A DNA stretch of 63,951 bases, counting the filler, from Chiloscyllium plagiosum (taxonomy: Eukaryota): assembly GCF_004010195.1 (NCBI RefSeq). It is 4 parts of one record of this genome, joined end to end, with 100 filler letters (N's around TTAATTAATTAA, not from the genome) between each part and the next. Parts side by side here need not be neighbours in the genome. Positions count along the whole stretch, not along the records: positions 1 to 25,670 come from NC_057710.1; 3 more parts are not named here. One strand, given 5' to 3'. The translations under genes were made by a program, and so were the position numbers. The notes beneath the pieces are model-generated. The model saw only the letters and a list, made by a program, of their open reading frames with translations. It was not told where the DNA came from and searched no databases. Within the stretch, counting starts at the first letter, position 1. Each line of letters opens with the position of its first letter. Shown in pieces: positions 1 to 12,290 of this stretch.

Positions 1-865
1 CCCTGGAACAATTCGGAGGCCTATAGAAAACTCCCAACAAGGTGACCTCTCCCTTCCTGTTTCTAATCTCAGTCCAAACTACCTCAGTGGATAAGTCCTC
101 ACGTTATCTCAGCTGATGTAGTACTACCCTTGATTAACAATGCCACACCCCACCCTTTTATCATCATCTCTGTTCTTGCTGAAATATTGAAATCTTGGAA
201 TCTGCAACAACCATTCCTGTCCCTCCTCTAGCCATATCTCTGAAATGGTCACAACATCGAAATTGCAGGTACCAACCCATGTTGCAAGTTCACCCACATT
301 ATTCCGGATGCTACTGGTACTGAAGTACACACATTTCAAGCCAACACCCTGATTGCTGGTGCCCTCTTGCGACCTTGTAAACCTCTCCCTGAACTCACTA
401 CCCTCAACCTCCTGTACACTGGAACTACAATTCAGGTTCTCATCCCCCTGCTGTATTAGCTTAACCTCCCCCCCGCTCCCCGAAAGCATTAGCAAATCTC
501 CTCCCCAGGATATTGGTACCCCTTTGTTTCAGGTGAAAACCATCCTGTTTGTAGTGCTCCCACTTTCCCCAGAAAGAGCTCCAATTATCCAAGAATCCAA
601 AGCCATCCCTCTTGCATCATCCCTGCAGCCACGTGTTCAGCTCCACACTCTCCCTGTTCCTCACTTCACTAGCACGTGGCACGGGCAACAAACCAGAGAT
701 AACAACTCTGTTTGTTCTAGCTCTAAGCTTCTACCCTAGCTCCCTGAATGTCTGCCTTAGATCCCCATCTTCCTTCCTGCCTATGTCATTGGTGCCTATG
801 TGGACCACAACTTGGGGCTGCTCCCCCTCCCCCTCAAGGATCCCGAAAACACGATCAGAGACATA
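1..865 (-). mobile_element. CR1-type LINE fragment: end of ORF1 (SGNH esterase) plus start of ORF2 (APE endonuclease)
   Basis: Minus strand near 780-810 encodes VVHIGTNDIG; ORF 124..495 contains CVYFSTSSIRNNVGEL...FDVVTISEIWL, the endonuclease N-terminus. Confidence 0.85.
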
Positions 866-866
866 A

Positions 867-1090
867 CCTCACAGCATAGGGAACCCAGATTCAATTCCAG
901 CCTTGGGTGACTGTCTGTATGGAGTGTACATTCTCCCTGTATCTGCGTGGGTTTCCTCTGGGTGTTCTGGTTTCCTCCCACAGTTCAAAGATGTGTAGGT
1001 CAGGTGGATTAGCCATGGGGATAGGGTGGGAGTGTTTTTGGAGGGCCTGTATGGACTGAATGGCCTGCTTCCACACTGCAGGGATTCTAT
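867..1090 (+). mobile_element. HE1-type V-SINE, diverged, internally deleted
   Basis: V-domain GTATCTGCGTGGGTTTCCTCTGGGTGTTCTGGTTTCCTCCCACAG and tail GGCCTGCTTCCACACTG. Confidence 0.8.
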
Positions 1091-1359
1091 TGTACCTCCT
1101 GAATTCCTCCAGCAATGTCTATTTTTATTTCCTTTGAAGAGCAAGCTTTTTGTTACAACCATTCCTGCCCAAAGTTTTATTGAAAGATACTCCCAGCATT
1201 TACAGAACAAGAAATATAACTTTCACTTGAACAGAATGGGGATTCTAATGGCCAAAAAGTTGGATCTTGTCAAGATACTTCTGAAAGTAAGAACCTCAAA
1301 ATGATAGTTCCTCAGCAAAAGGGTTAAAACTGTCATAAGTAACATCCCTTTGTTTTTTT

Positions 1360-1668
1360 TTTACATTACATTACAGTGTGGAAACAGGCCCTTCGGCCCA
1401 ACAAGTCCACACCGACCCACCGAAGCGCAACCCACCCATACCCCTACATTTACCCCTTACCTAACACTATGGGCAATTTAGCATGGCCAATTCACCTGAC
1501 CTGCACATCTTTGGACTGTGGGAGGAAACCGGAGCACCCGGAGGAAACCCACGCAGACATGGGGAGAACGTGCAAACTCCACACAGTCAGTCGCCTGAGG
1601 CGGGAATTGAACCCGGATCTCCAGCGCTGTGAGGCAGCTGTGCTAACTGCTGTGCCACCGTGCCGCCC
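1360..1668 (-). mobile_element. HE1-type V-SINE, full length
   Basis: tRNA-like head GGGCGGCACGGTGGCACAG, V-domain, CR1/HER1-like tail with (TGTAA)n; near-identical to copies at 20335, 28634 and 55441. Confidence 0.92.
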
Positions 1669-1994
1669 ACTACACTACAATGTTTTACACAAATCATTAC
1701 CTCCTTTTCCTCTCAACCATTGCCCTCCATAGTTAACAGGCTTCTGACAGTCAGCCATGCAAGCTTGGTTTCCCCAAAGATGCTTTGTGAAGCTGAAAAT
1801 CTAAAGGATATCAGCTTTGTATTAACAATAATAGAACAATACTTGACACAGAATTTTATTCACATGGGTGAGTGGGGACTAAGGTTGCTTCAGACCGACT
1901 TCGAAAGGATCAAGGACCAAAATACAGTCAAAAAAATTCTTTTGAGTCAACATACATTAACTAACATTAGAATCTATTGTATCAGATTTGTACG

Positions 1995-2320
1995 GTGGCT
2001 CAGCCAGCTTACACAGGAAATAGCTGGCTTGTATAAGTCAGGAAGGTTTCATGTTTGTGTTGAGTTGGTTGGTCAAGGTGACAGTTAGCTTGCGACAATT
2101 AGTCTCAGCTATCTAGGTTATTGAACAGAAAACTGGCAGTAAGCGTGAAAGGATGTCGGAGGGCAAGATTGAGCTCAGCTGCGATGCATCTCCAACAATC
2201 CTTGCCCTGGTCAAATGCCCCACCAATATTCATTACCAAGGAACAGACTGAGGAATGGTACGGTTCTGGAGAGCATCTGGTGCCCACAAAACCATGCCAC
2301 ATCAGACAATCAATACCGTG
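1995..2320 (+). mobile_element. Ancient Deu-domain SINE-like remnant (AmnSINE1/SacSINE1-like)
   Basis: Ordered degenerate matches to the recalled Deu consensus (CAGGAAGGT...GTGTTGAGTTGG; GGATGTCGG..AGGGCAAGATTGAGCTCAGCTGCGATGC; GGAGAGCATCTGGTGCCCACAAAACC). Confidence 0.6.
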
Positions 2321-3331
2321 ACTGCAGAGGGGAAGCAAAGTAAACCAATACAGAAAATGTGCTATTACAGTGGGGTGCCTATGGTCCCCATTGGACATAT
2401 TACTTTGTTATAAACTGTTTGTATGAAAGTGTGAGATTGCAGAAACAAAAGACCTTTGAGCTTCTGCCTTGCATAGCTCAGGTATTGTTATTAAAGATTA
2501 TAAATTGTCATAGTCCTGTTAACCAACTGTTCCAGACTTCAGTAGCCCTCTCAACCAGAAAGGCTATGGTTGGAATGTGTGCTTTCAACAAAAGAGCATT
2601 CCATTCCCATAGCACCTCTCCTTACATCCTGGGGTGATTTATTGAAACATTAAAATGGTGTTTGACAGCTGTTATTTCTGTATGGAGAATGTTCCTATAT
2701 ATCATAAATCTTTAGCAAACATGTCACAGTTCTAGAATACAGAATTACACCAGGGTCATTACCTGTTTTCTGTCTGATTTTAGTTCATATTCTGGTAACT
2801 TCATAGTATCACTGTCAGGTTTTAATGTTTACAACTATGTAGATTTTTATGATTATGATTAATTTATAATTAAACAGACATTTTCATGAGGTTCAAATGC
2901 TGACTCAAGTCTTCACTAATATCTGTCCCCAGATGAAAGTATTTCTGCCAGGAATGACTGCTAGCATTATTAATGAATGGAACTTTAATGCACTCCTGTG
3001 ACGTTAAGCTGATCATTACTTTATACTTTTAAAATTTGTAATTTAATACTGTAATTTAATACAGCAAATAGGAATGGTGCATGAATATACTTTATGTTCC
3101 TTTGTTAATATGATCAATGGCAATTTTTAATCCATAATATCATACGAGACAGTCTCCTTCTTGTCTCATGTCATAAGTTGATTTTTTTTCAAACTCAAGA
3201 GTTTTCAAGATTGGTCAAGATTTAGATATTCAGTATCGGATACTGTCAGACTATATGAATGCAGCTATCTATTCGACAGAATCCTACAGCAACTGTCCAC
3301 GAGTGCATTTGCTAATTTGGCTATATTTTAC

Positions 3332-3386
3332 CTCAGCATATTTTTGGTGGTTCGGTATTTCTTCTTCTGCATCTGGTATCTGTTTT
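3332..3386 (-). other. Candidate short internal exon of an unidentified minus-strand gene (48 or 55 nt)
   Basis: Minus strand: TTTCTCTTATCCAAG or AAAACAG acceptors, GAG|GTAAAA donor; open frames RYQMQKKKYRTTKNML or IPDAEEEIPNHQKYAE. Confidence 0.35.
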
Positions 3387-4550
3387 CTTGGATAAGAGAA
3401 ACAATTCATTTAACAATTGTTACATTTGAAAGAAAGAATCACATTATAAAGTCCATTTCATGTCTTTGGAAAATAAATTGTCTTCAAATTGTAGTTAATG
3501 TTTTTTCTGCTTTCGACAATTTACGTAAAACAATGTTCCATAAACAGTGAAATTGGTGCTGATAAACCTGGTTTGGCAGCATGAGCTAAAGTTTGTAAGT
3601 TCTCTTAAAAATGCCTGCCTTTCCTTTAAAAAATGCCATGGAAATTTTAAATCCACATGAGCAAGCAGATGGAGAGCCAGTTTAATGTTTTGTCTGAACA
3701 TTAGTGAGTAATGCAGGACTCTCAGTAATACAATGAAAAGTCTGCTAAGTCTTCAAGTTAGGAATGAGATCTGAGTCTCCAGCTTCAGAATCAGACCCTG
3801 AATGAACGAACTACTGAATGAACTGCATACGGTGTTCAATTGTTCTGTGTTTGAATTCATGAGTCTATTTAATATTGATGTTCACTGTGCTTGATCAATC
3901 CTGGGTGTGAACTCATAGAAATGTAAACATTTTGTAGAAAGAGTTTGAAGCTAGAGCTGAAGGACACAGTAGACATCCCAAAACATTGTAAGCAAACACA
4001 TATATGCTGGGTGTAATATTGGCATTGGCCTGAGATATAAAGTAGACAACAAATCCAGCTGACCCCCTGCTGGTAGAACATTTGTGGGAGTTCCTCAAAC
4101 TATGGTCATAACTTTGCTGAACAGGTTCCAGTGTGAAGAAACTAATGGCTTCAGTGAGGCCTAATCTAAATCAGAAGTGGAGAAATTTGCATGAGTTGTT
4201 ACTTGGCCTGTTCTCCAATTATTTACCATTTAGGAAACTTCTCAATTCTCCTTGGTACTTCTCCAGGTGGCCTTTCAAAACAGGACACCATCCATTATCC
4301 CTGACATCCATCTTTTGTGAAAATTGTCTAAAGGATATTCAATTCTCAGGAAAATGGTGATATTTGGTGCGAACAAGTATTTGTAGTAGTGGCTTTTTTC
4401 CAACCAGTTTCAATGTTACTGGAAAGTTCTGTAAAAATTAAGTTTTCTTCAGAGAAGCCAGAATTGAACTTGAGTATTCCATTGAATTCCACTGTGTTTT
4501 TTTTAAATTTCCCCAACACTTTTAAGTTTCTTCCATAATTCCCTCATCTT

Positions 4551-4584
4551 ACACACACAGGCACACGCGCACGCACACACACAC
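4551..4584. repeat. (CA)n/(GCAC)n microsatellite
   Basis: ACACACACAGGCACACGCGCACGCACACACACAC. Confidence 0.9.
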
Positions 4585-4869
4585 AAAGAAAAACATTCTG
4601 GCTGATTGCACAATCTTTTTTCTGAGCTTTTCCTTCATGCTTTTTGTTGAAGCCAGATTGATGTAGTGGATTGCTGTGGGTTGGCTCACTCAGTTTGCCT
4701 CCCATTCTCTTCTCATTGATTCCACAGATGGCCTGCCCAGCATCACGATGTCAATCTGAGATGAATTGCATTGAATAGTTCTGTTATATCCACTTTGACT
4801 GACATTAGCAGCTTTCGTACTTTTTTTACTTGATTCACTTAATATTAAAAGTCATATTTATTTTGTAAC

Positions 4870-5100
4870 TTCCTTTGGGAAGTGGAAAAGCAGACCCTAG
4901 TTTGCAGCAGCAGTTTAGCACAATGACATGTTCTGACTAACTGATATCAACACATTATCTTATTGGTTAGAAGTGTGACAGAGATTAATGTGAAGAATGA
5001 AAAATAAAAGGCATGTGCTGATTTACAATGTGACATCAGTGAAAAGGAAGCATCAATCATTATTATCTATTCAGGAAGCTTAACTGGGAAGAATGAGAAT
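4870..5100. promoter_or_regulatory. Candidate enhancer with Pbx-Hox and Meis motifs
   Basis: TGACAG 4976-4981, TGATTTAC 5019-5026 and TGATTGATG (minus) 5051-5059 within 85 bp of non-repetitive DNA. Confidence 0.3.
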
Positions 5101-5789
5101 TATGTTTTCTTATATTTTGACCAATAGATTGCAGTGAAGGATTGTTCAATGTAATTAAACTTTTGTTTTATTCTGCCATGTTGAATTCATTGAGTTGCAC
5201 AATTTGCCTGAATATTAAGCCTGACATTTTGACAAATGAACAGTGCTTAGTTCAGCCAACAAATATACATTGACCTAATGTCTCTCTGTCTCTCATGCAC
5301 AAACTTGCACGCACACCAGATTTTAAGTATAACTGTTAAAGGGGTAATGTTCTAAAAATGGGTATGCTTGACAAAATACAATTTCCAGTTTGGTTTATGA
5401 TAAGAAAGCACTTCTTACTCTGTGTACGCTTTTTCATAAGCTGCTTATACATTTTAACCATGGAGAATGATGCACATAGATGTTGCTAAACATAACTGCA
5501 ATAAAGACACTGCAAAGAATAGCTAGTGGCCTCATGTTTTATAAATATTACACTAAATGTCACATTTATTTTGTCTGAGATACTGTCTCTATATTTTCAA
5601 ATTCTAAAGTGTTAACTCCTCTTAAACACCAACATTAAAAGTCTACATGGTGTTGGAATTGGAAGTAGGCATAGGCTGAGTCAAACAAAATGCTTTAGAA
5701 AGAGAAACAGAAATAAGAGGAGCAAATATCTACAGCCAGAAAAGTTAAAGAACAAAGCCTGTCCCATCCAGATTTGGTGTCATATATTT

Positions 5790-5980
5790 CTCACCATTCT
5801 CCCCATCACAACTCCCTGGGAGGTAAAACAAAAGGAGAGCAAAAAAAAAAATTCTGAAGAAGTTATGTCAAACTCAAAACATTGACCTTTTTTATGTCTC
5901 CATAGGCTCTGCCAGCCTTGCTGAGTTTCTCCAGCCCTTTCCAATTTTTCAGATCTCCAGAATCCACAGTAACTTGTTTT
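5790..5980 (+). mobile_element. Penelope-derived terminal remnant
   Basis: TTCTGAAGAAG...AAAACATTGAC followed by GCCAGCCTTGCTGAGTTTCTCCAGC...CAGATCTCCAG, like the other Penelope ends in the window. Confidence 0.55.
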
Positions 5981-6266
5981 TATGAAACTTTTTGCATCCT
6001 GTTGTTCCAATCAGAGAATGGCTGTAACCAATACATTGATTCTTCCTTGATTATCAGCACTATGCCACCTGTTCGTTTTTATCTAATTCTCCAAAATGTC
6101 AAATTTTTTAAATATTTAATCGTCAATTCCCAGTTTTGATCATACTGTAGCTAGGTCACCATAACGGCAACTAAATCACAGCCTTTTCCCTCTACCAGAA
6201 CCATCAATTTGTCAATTTTGTTGTGAATGCCTCGTGAATTGTGGTGTACTCACAATTCTGCCATAT

Positions 6267-8800
6267 TAGACAATAGACAATAGGTGCAGGAGTAGGCCAT
6301 TCAGCCCTTCGAGCCAGCACCACCATTCATTATGATCATGGCCGATCATCCTCAATCAGTATCGTGTTCCTGCCTTATCCCCACAACCCTTGATTCCACT
6401 ATCCTTAAGAGCTCTATTCAACTCTTTCTTGAAAATATCCAGAGACTTGGCCTCCACTGCCCTCTGGGGCAGAGCATTCCATACACCCACCACTCTCTGG
6501 GTGAAGAAGTTTCTCCTCAACTCTGTTCTAAGTGGTCTACCCATTATTTTTAAACTGTGTCCTCTAGTTCGGGACTCACCCATCAGTGGAAACATGCTTC
6601 CTGCCTCCAGAGTGTCCAATCCTTTAATAATCTTATAGTTCTCAATCAGATCCCCTCTCAGCCTTCTAAACTCACGTGCTCCAATCTTTCAGCATAAGAT
6701 AGTCATGCCATTCCGGGAATTGACCTCGTGAACCTACGCTGCACTCCCTCAATAGTCAGAATGTCTTTCCTCAAATTTTGAGACCAAAATTGTGCACAAT
6801 ATTCCAGGTGTGGTCTCACCAGGGCCCTGTACAGCTGCAGAAGCACCTCTTTGCTTCTATACTCAATTCCTCTTGTTATGAAGGCCAGCATGCTATTAGC
6901 TTTCTTCACTACCTGCTGTACCTGCATGCTTGCTTTCATTGACTGATGTACAAGAACACCTAGATCTCGTTGTACTGCCCCTTTACCTAACTTGACTCCA
7001 TTTAGGTAGTAATCTGCCTTCCTGTTCTTGCCACCAAAGTGGACAACCACACAACCACACATTTATCCACATTAACCTGCCATGCATCCGTCCACTCATC
7101 TGTCCAGGTCACCCTGTATTCTCCTAACATCCTCCTCACATTTCACCCTGCCACCCAGCTTTGTGTCATCAGCAAATTTGCTAATATTACTTTTAATACC
7201 TTAATCTATATCATTAATGTACATTGTAAAAAGCTGCAGTCCCAGCACTTCAGTACTTTGCCCCCAATACCATGCACCCTAATTTTGCTCACGAATCTCC
7301 TATGTGGGATTTCATTAAAGGCTTTCTGAAAGTCCAGGTATACGACATCCACTGGATCTCCCTTGTCCATCTTCAGAGTTACATCCTCGAAAAATTCCAG
7401 AAGATTAGTCAAGCATGATTTCCCCTTCATAAATCCATGCTGACTCTGATCTATCCTGTTATTGCTATCCAGATGTGTCGTAATTTCATCTTTTATTATT
7501 GACTCCGCCATTTTCCCCACCACTGAGGTCAGACTAACTGGTCTATAATTCTCTGTTTTCTCTCTTCCTCCTTTCTTAAAAANNNNNNNNNNNNNNNNNN
7601 NNNNNNNNNNNNNNNNNNNNNNNNNNNNNNNNNNNNNNNNNNNNNNNNNNNNNNNNNNNNNNNNNNNNNNNNNNNNNNNNNNNNNNNNTCCAACACCATT
7701 TCCTGCCTAATATAAATTCCCTTCAGTTCAGCCACTATTACATCTGGGAGATTGCTCGTGTCTTCCCCAGTGAAGATAGATCTAAAGTACAATTCAATTC
7801 TTCTGCCATTTCTTTGTTCCCTGTAATAAATTCACCCGTTTCTGTCTTCAAGGGCTCAATTTTAGTCTTAACCATTTTTTTTCTTTTCACATACCTAAAA
7901 AAGCCTTTACTATCCTCCTTTATATTTTTGGCCAGTTTACCTTTGTACCTTATTTTTTCTCTACGTATTACCTTTTTAGTTATTCTCTATTGTTCTTTAA
8001 AAGCTTCCCAGTCCTCCGATTTCCCACTCATCTTTGCTATGTTATACCTTTTCCCTTTTGTCTTTATATGGTTCTTAATTCCCTCATCAGCCATGGCCAC
8101 CCCGGCCTCCCCTTAGAATCTTTCTTCCTTTTTGGAATGAACTGATCCTGCATCTTCTGCATTATACCCGGAAATACATGCCATTATTGTTCCACTGCCA
8201 TCCCTGCTAGGGTATTGCACCATTGAACTTTGGCCAGCTCCTCCCTCATAGCTCCATAGTTCCCCTTATTCAACTGAAATATTGTCACTTCCGATTCTAC
8301 CCTCTCCCTTTCAAATTGCTGATTAAAGATTATTGTATTTTGGTCACTACCTCCTAATGGCTCCTTTACTTCGAGGTCCCTGATCAAATCCGGTTCATTG
8401 CACAACACCAGATCCAGAATTGCCTTCTCCATGGTAGGCTCCAGCACAAGCTGTTCTAAGAATCCATCTCAGAGGCACTCCACAAACTCTCTTTCTTGGG
8501 GTCCAGTACCAACCTGATTCTCCCAGTCTACCTGCATGTTGAAATCCCCCATAACAACTGTAGTAATATCTTTGCGACAGGCCTTATTCAGCTCCTTATT
8601 CAACTTACACATTACTTCCTGGCTACTGTTTGTGGGCCTGTAGATAACTCCCATTAGGTCTTCCTACCCTTAGAATTTCTCAGCTCTATCCATACTGACT
8701 CTACATTCCCTGATTCTCGGTCCTCCCACGCAAGAGACTGAATATCATTCCTTGCCACAGGGCCACCCCACCCCCTCTGCCAGTCAGTCTGTCCTTATGA
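6267..8800 (-). mobile_element. CR1-type LINE ORF2 (endonuclease to RT to 3'UTR) with internal deletions and an N gap
   Basis: ORFs with GVIYRP, MGDFN, SQHGFMKGKSCLTNLLEFFE, VYLDFQKAF, LYRALVRPHLEYC, RNFFTQRVV; (CTATTGT)n tail at 6267-6283. Confidence 0.95.
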
Positions 8801-9132
8801 TAGCAGTATTACGATACAATATCAACATTGTTCTGTAATTTGATGCTGGTTTATTATAGGATATGTTTCTGCTGCTTTCAATTTTCACTTAGGTTTCTAC
8901 ACTCAGCTTTGATTTTATTCCCGTAATATTCCTCTTAGGTTGCCACCACTGTGACAAACTGGTTTATACTCTCTCCAACAGCACTAGGAAATCTTCCCAT
9001 GAAGGTATTAGCCCCAAAGCTGCTAGGGTACAATCTGTCCTCCTTATTCAGGCCTTGGTTGCCCCAGAAACAGTCCCAGGCCCCAAATATCAAAAACCCT
9101 TCTCCTGTCATATTTCCCAGCCACAATCTCTC

Positions 9133-10440
9133 TACAAGTCTGTTCTGTGATAACGCGATAGTAGCATCCCCGTGTGAACTCGGGTGATAGAAAATTGTGC
9201 AATAGAAATAATGAGGCCTATGGGAAAAACAGGGTTAGGGCAAACCACCAAAAGTATCAGTAAAAATCAAAACAAAAATGGTAGTTAGCTTAACACAAGT
9301 GATAGCACAGTCTAAGTATATTTTCAAATCATATAGTTTAATGAAATAATGCAATAAGTTTAACACTTGAAGGGGTTTCTGAGTTTGCTTAGTTACAGTA
9401 TTGTGTTAAGGCAGGGGCTGAGGTTCATCGTCACATCATCATCACTTTCAGATGCAGTTCTGGGTGCAGATTTATGATGAAAGAAAATATTTAGTCCAGA
9501 AGTGGATAATCTTAGAACTGTAGGTTCTGAGTGGCATTCGCTTCCAGTATCAACCTGTCCCATCCAAACTGAAGGTTTGATCTAAGGTGTAGCCTGCTTC
9601 CTCAATCAATGTTTTCACTACAGGTGGAAATGACAGTGCATGTTCCGCGTCTACACTGGCAGCTTCACCACATAACTTCACATTATGAAGAGCGCAGCGG
9701 TTCTTAAATCCATCAAACCAGCCACTACTAACACTGGCAGGTGCTTCTGCAGGATTTTCAGCTTTTTTCCTTGGGCCCTCATAAATAGATAAAGCTATTT
9801 TATCTATAAAGCACAGTGGTTAGCACTGCTGCCTCACAGCGCCAGAGACCTGGGTTCAATTCCCGCCACAGGTGACTGTGTGGAGTTTGCACATTCTCCC
9901 CGTGTCTGCGTGGGTTTCCTCCGGGTGCTCCGGTTTCCTCCCATTCTGAGTGGCATTCGCTTCCAGTATCAACCTGTCCCATCCAAACTGAAGGTTTGAT
10001 CTAAGGTGTAGCCTGCTTCCTCAATCAATGTTTTCACTACAGGTGGAAATGACAGCGCATGTTCCTCGTCTACACTGGCAGCTTCACCACATAACTTCAC
10101 GTTATGAAGAGCGCAGCGGTTCTTAAAACCATCAAACCAGCCACTACTAACACTGGCAGGTGCTTCTGCAGGATTTTCAGCTTTTTTCCTTGGGCCCTCA
10201 TAAATAGATAAAGCTTTCTGTTTTATGGTGAGAAAAGGGGTCCCAGATCGCTTTTTCGATTGATCTTCTATCCACACACTTAGAAGCTGCTCCATCTCCT
10301 CAAGGTCCTTTCATCTTTCTCTCACAGAATTGCATAATAGCCAACAAGAGCTCGTGTTTTCAAAAACCGTTCCCTAATTCAACAATCGCATTACAGCCAA
10401 ATTGCATTGATGAAACATGTGCTGCAGGGAACTCACTGTG
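9133..10440 (-). mobile_element. Tigger/pogo (Tc1-mariner) DNA transposon remnant
   Basis: ORF 9969..10295 MEQLLSVWIEDQ...SSGWFDGFKNR..LHNVKLCGEAASVD...EEAGYTLDQTF is a CENP-B-type HTH plus the start of the DDE domain; termini degenerate. Confidence 0.85.
9811..9943 (+). mobile_element. HE1-type SINE 5' half only, lying between two copies of a 272-bp duplication
   Basis: GCACAGTGGTTAGCACTGCTGCCTCACAGC...GGTTTCCTCCCA, ending without a tail. Confidence 0.9.
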
Positions 10441-11189
10441 CAACATGTGGTGCTTGGTACAATCTGGAGATTACTACTTTAGAGGTCTGACTTTTCCAAC
10501 TCCTAAATTCAACTTTCAGGCCTCATTCCTCTTTCTACTGAGGTCATTGCTTCCAATGTGAATCACCACCTCTATTTCATCATGTTCCCCAAAATAATGT
10601 TCTGCTGCTGCACTGTGGCAGCGTGGCCCTGGCACTAGGGAAGAAATATACCATCCTGAATTCTCATCTACATCCACAGAAATGCCTGTCTCCCTCCTTA
10701 ACAATTGAATAACCCTTTTACTGTTGCCTTCCCCTCTTCTTATCCACTGCCCATACAGCGCAGCCATTTGTGATGCCCCAGGCTTGGCTCTCGCCACATT
10801 CCTCTGAAGAATCATTGACATCACCAGTACTAAAATTGGAAACCTGTTCATGAGTGACTCAGGGCATTATCCACATCCTCTCTGTTCCAGGTATATTTCC
10901 TTACAGATCCACAGTCTGCTCTGTCACCCAGGTAAGTCAATGTGCCAATGTTCACAAACATAGATGCTTTACACTTTCCAGTAAATTATTTGCATTTAGT
11001 TTCCAAAAAGGGGTGTGATTATAAGCAATTGATAGTTTGCAGTCACCAATGTACTGTGAGAGGACAGTTCTTTATGGAATTTCCTGCTGTACCTGTTGTG
11101 ATGTGTGCTTCCATGTGTGAACTAAAATGTGCAAGAACTAGCAGGGACTGCATTTTGGCCTTTAACAGGTCAAATGCTGTTTGCTGTGT

Positions 11190-12290
11190 AATCGTCCTTT
11201 TACATTGTTTACCTCTGCACAGAAGCTTGAGGATGCTCCACCCTATCTGAGCACTGAGGAACGAATTTGTGATGTAAGTTGGTAATACTGAGCAACGGTT
11301 CCACGCTTTTTATTTAAGATGATGTTGGAAGCACATGAATAGTTTTGACATTGTTGTGTGTAGATGTTCCTTCAGCTGCTGTCACTCCATGCCCTGGAAA
11401 TCAATCTCAGATCCCATGAATGTTCATTTGTTCTTGTTGAGTATCAAATTGTGTTGTGCAACTCAAGTGAGCTCAGTTGATTATTACTGAGCATGCTCTG
11501 CTTTATTCCTTTCATGAAAACAACATTGTCAAGTAGGTTGGGCATGCCTTTAGTTTCTGACAAGACTGACATAATGATTTTCTGGACTGCAGTAGGTACT
11601 GAACTTAGTCCATAGGGGATTCTGCTGAATGGAAACACACATTCATGAGTAATAAAAAGCTGTAAGTTATCGACTGTGCTCTGCAAGAGGTATCTGAAAA
11701 TAGCTCTATTACATATCGAGCATTGTGAGGATGGTGGAGTTATGACTTAAAGCAGACAGTCCTTGGATTGTAGGAAGTGGATACTGTTCTGGAATGATTA
11801 TTTTGTTGACCGCCTTCAGGTCACATGTCAATTAGGCCACTACCTTTTGCATCATGAAATGACTGGGCTTTATTTCAATCATGATGAGTTTATTAATTTA
11901 ATGATACTACCTTCTTCTAGTTGTTTCAGCTCCTCTGACACTTCAGCATGATTTGCAAATGGCAACTGTCTCAAATTTCATAAAATTGGTGAAAGTCATT
12001 TGTCAGCAAGAGTGGTACCCCTGATCTTGATGAATCCAGTAAATCAGTAAAGTGTGCTTGTCCATCATCAACCAAATTAATGTGTTTTCTTGTGGGACTT
12101 TCAAGTTTGAATCCAAGCCTTATGACAGGATTCGCTCTGATAACATTTCTGTTTTCGGTGCCATAAAACATGGACCTGACTAGAATGACATTTTGTTGCG
12201 TACCACATCTGTAATAATAAAAACTTAAACAGATTACTTTTCTCTGAAACCACACCCAGGCTTAACTGAAAAATCACAGGGAGCATCAAT
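11190..12290 (-). mobile_element. Highly decayed Gypsy-type LTR retrotransposon pol (RT) fragment
   Basis: ORF 11444..11686 FITHECVFPFSRIPYGLSSVPTAVQKII...LLDNV resembles the RT motifs PFGLSSAP..FQK...YLDD. Confidence 0.7.

Larger units (their letters stand above)
8925..10870 (-). mobile_element. Old CR1 ORF1 (esterase) remnant split by the Tigger insertion (pieces about 8925-9130 and 10441-10870)
   Basis: ORF 10516..10851 has PGPRC...VVIHIGSNDL; ORF 8935..9126 has the WDCFWG...EDRLY esterase C-terminus. Confidence 0.7.

Noticed and set aside
1376..1732. Recurrent ORF WKQALRPNKS...CGRKPEHPEETHADTGR (also 55454, 28770, 869)
   Set aside because: Antisense translation of HE1 SINE copies, not a gene family
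9969..10295. TIGD-like domesticated transposase gene
   Set aside because: Truncated, lacks the catalytic domain, and is duplicated and interrupted
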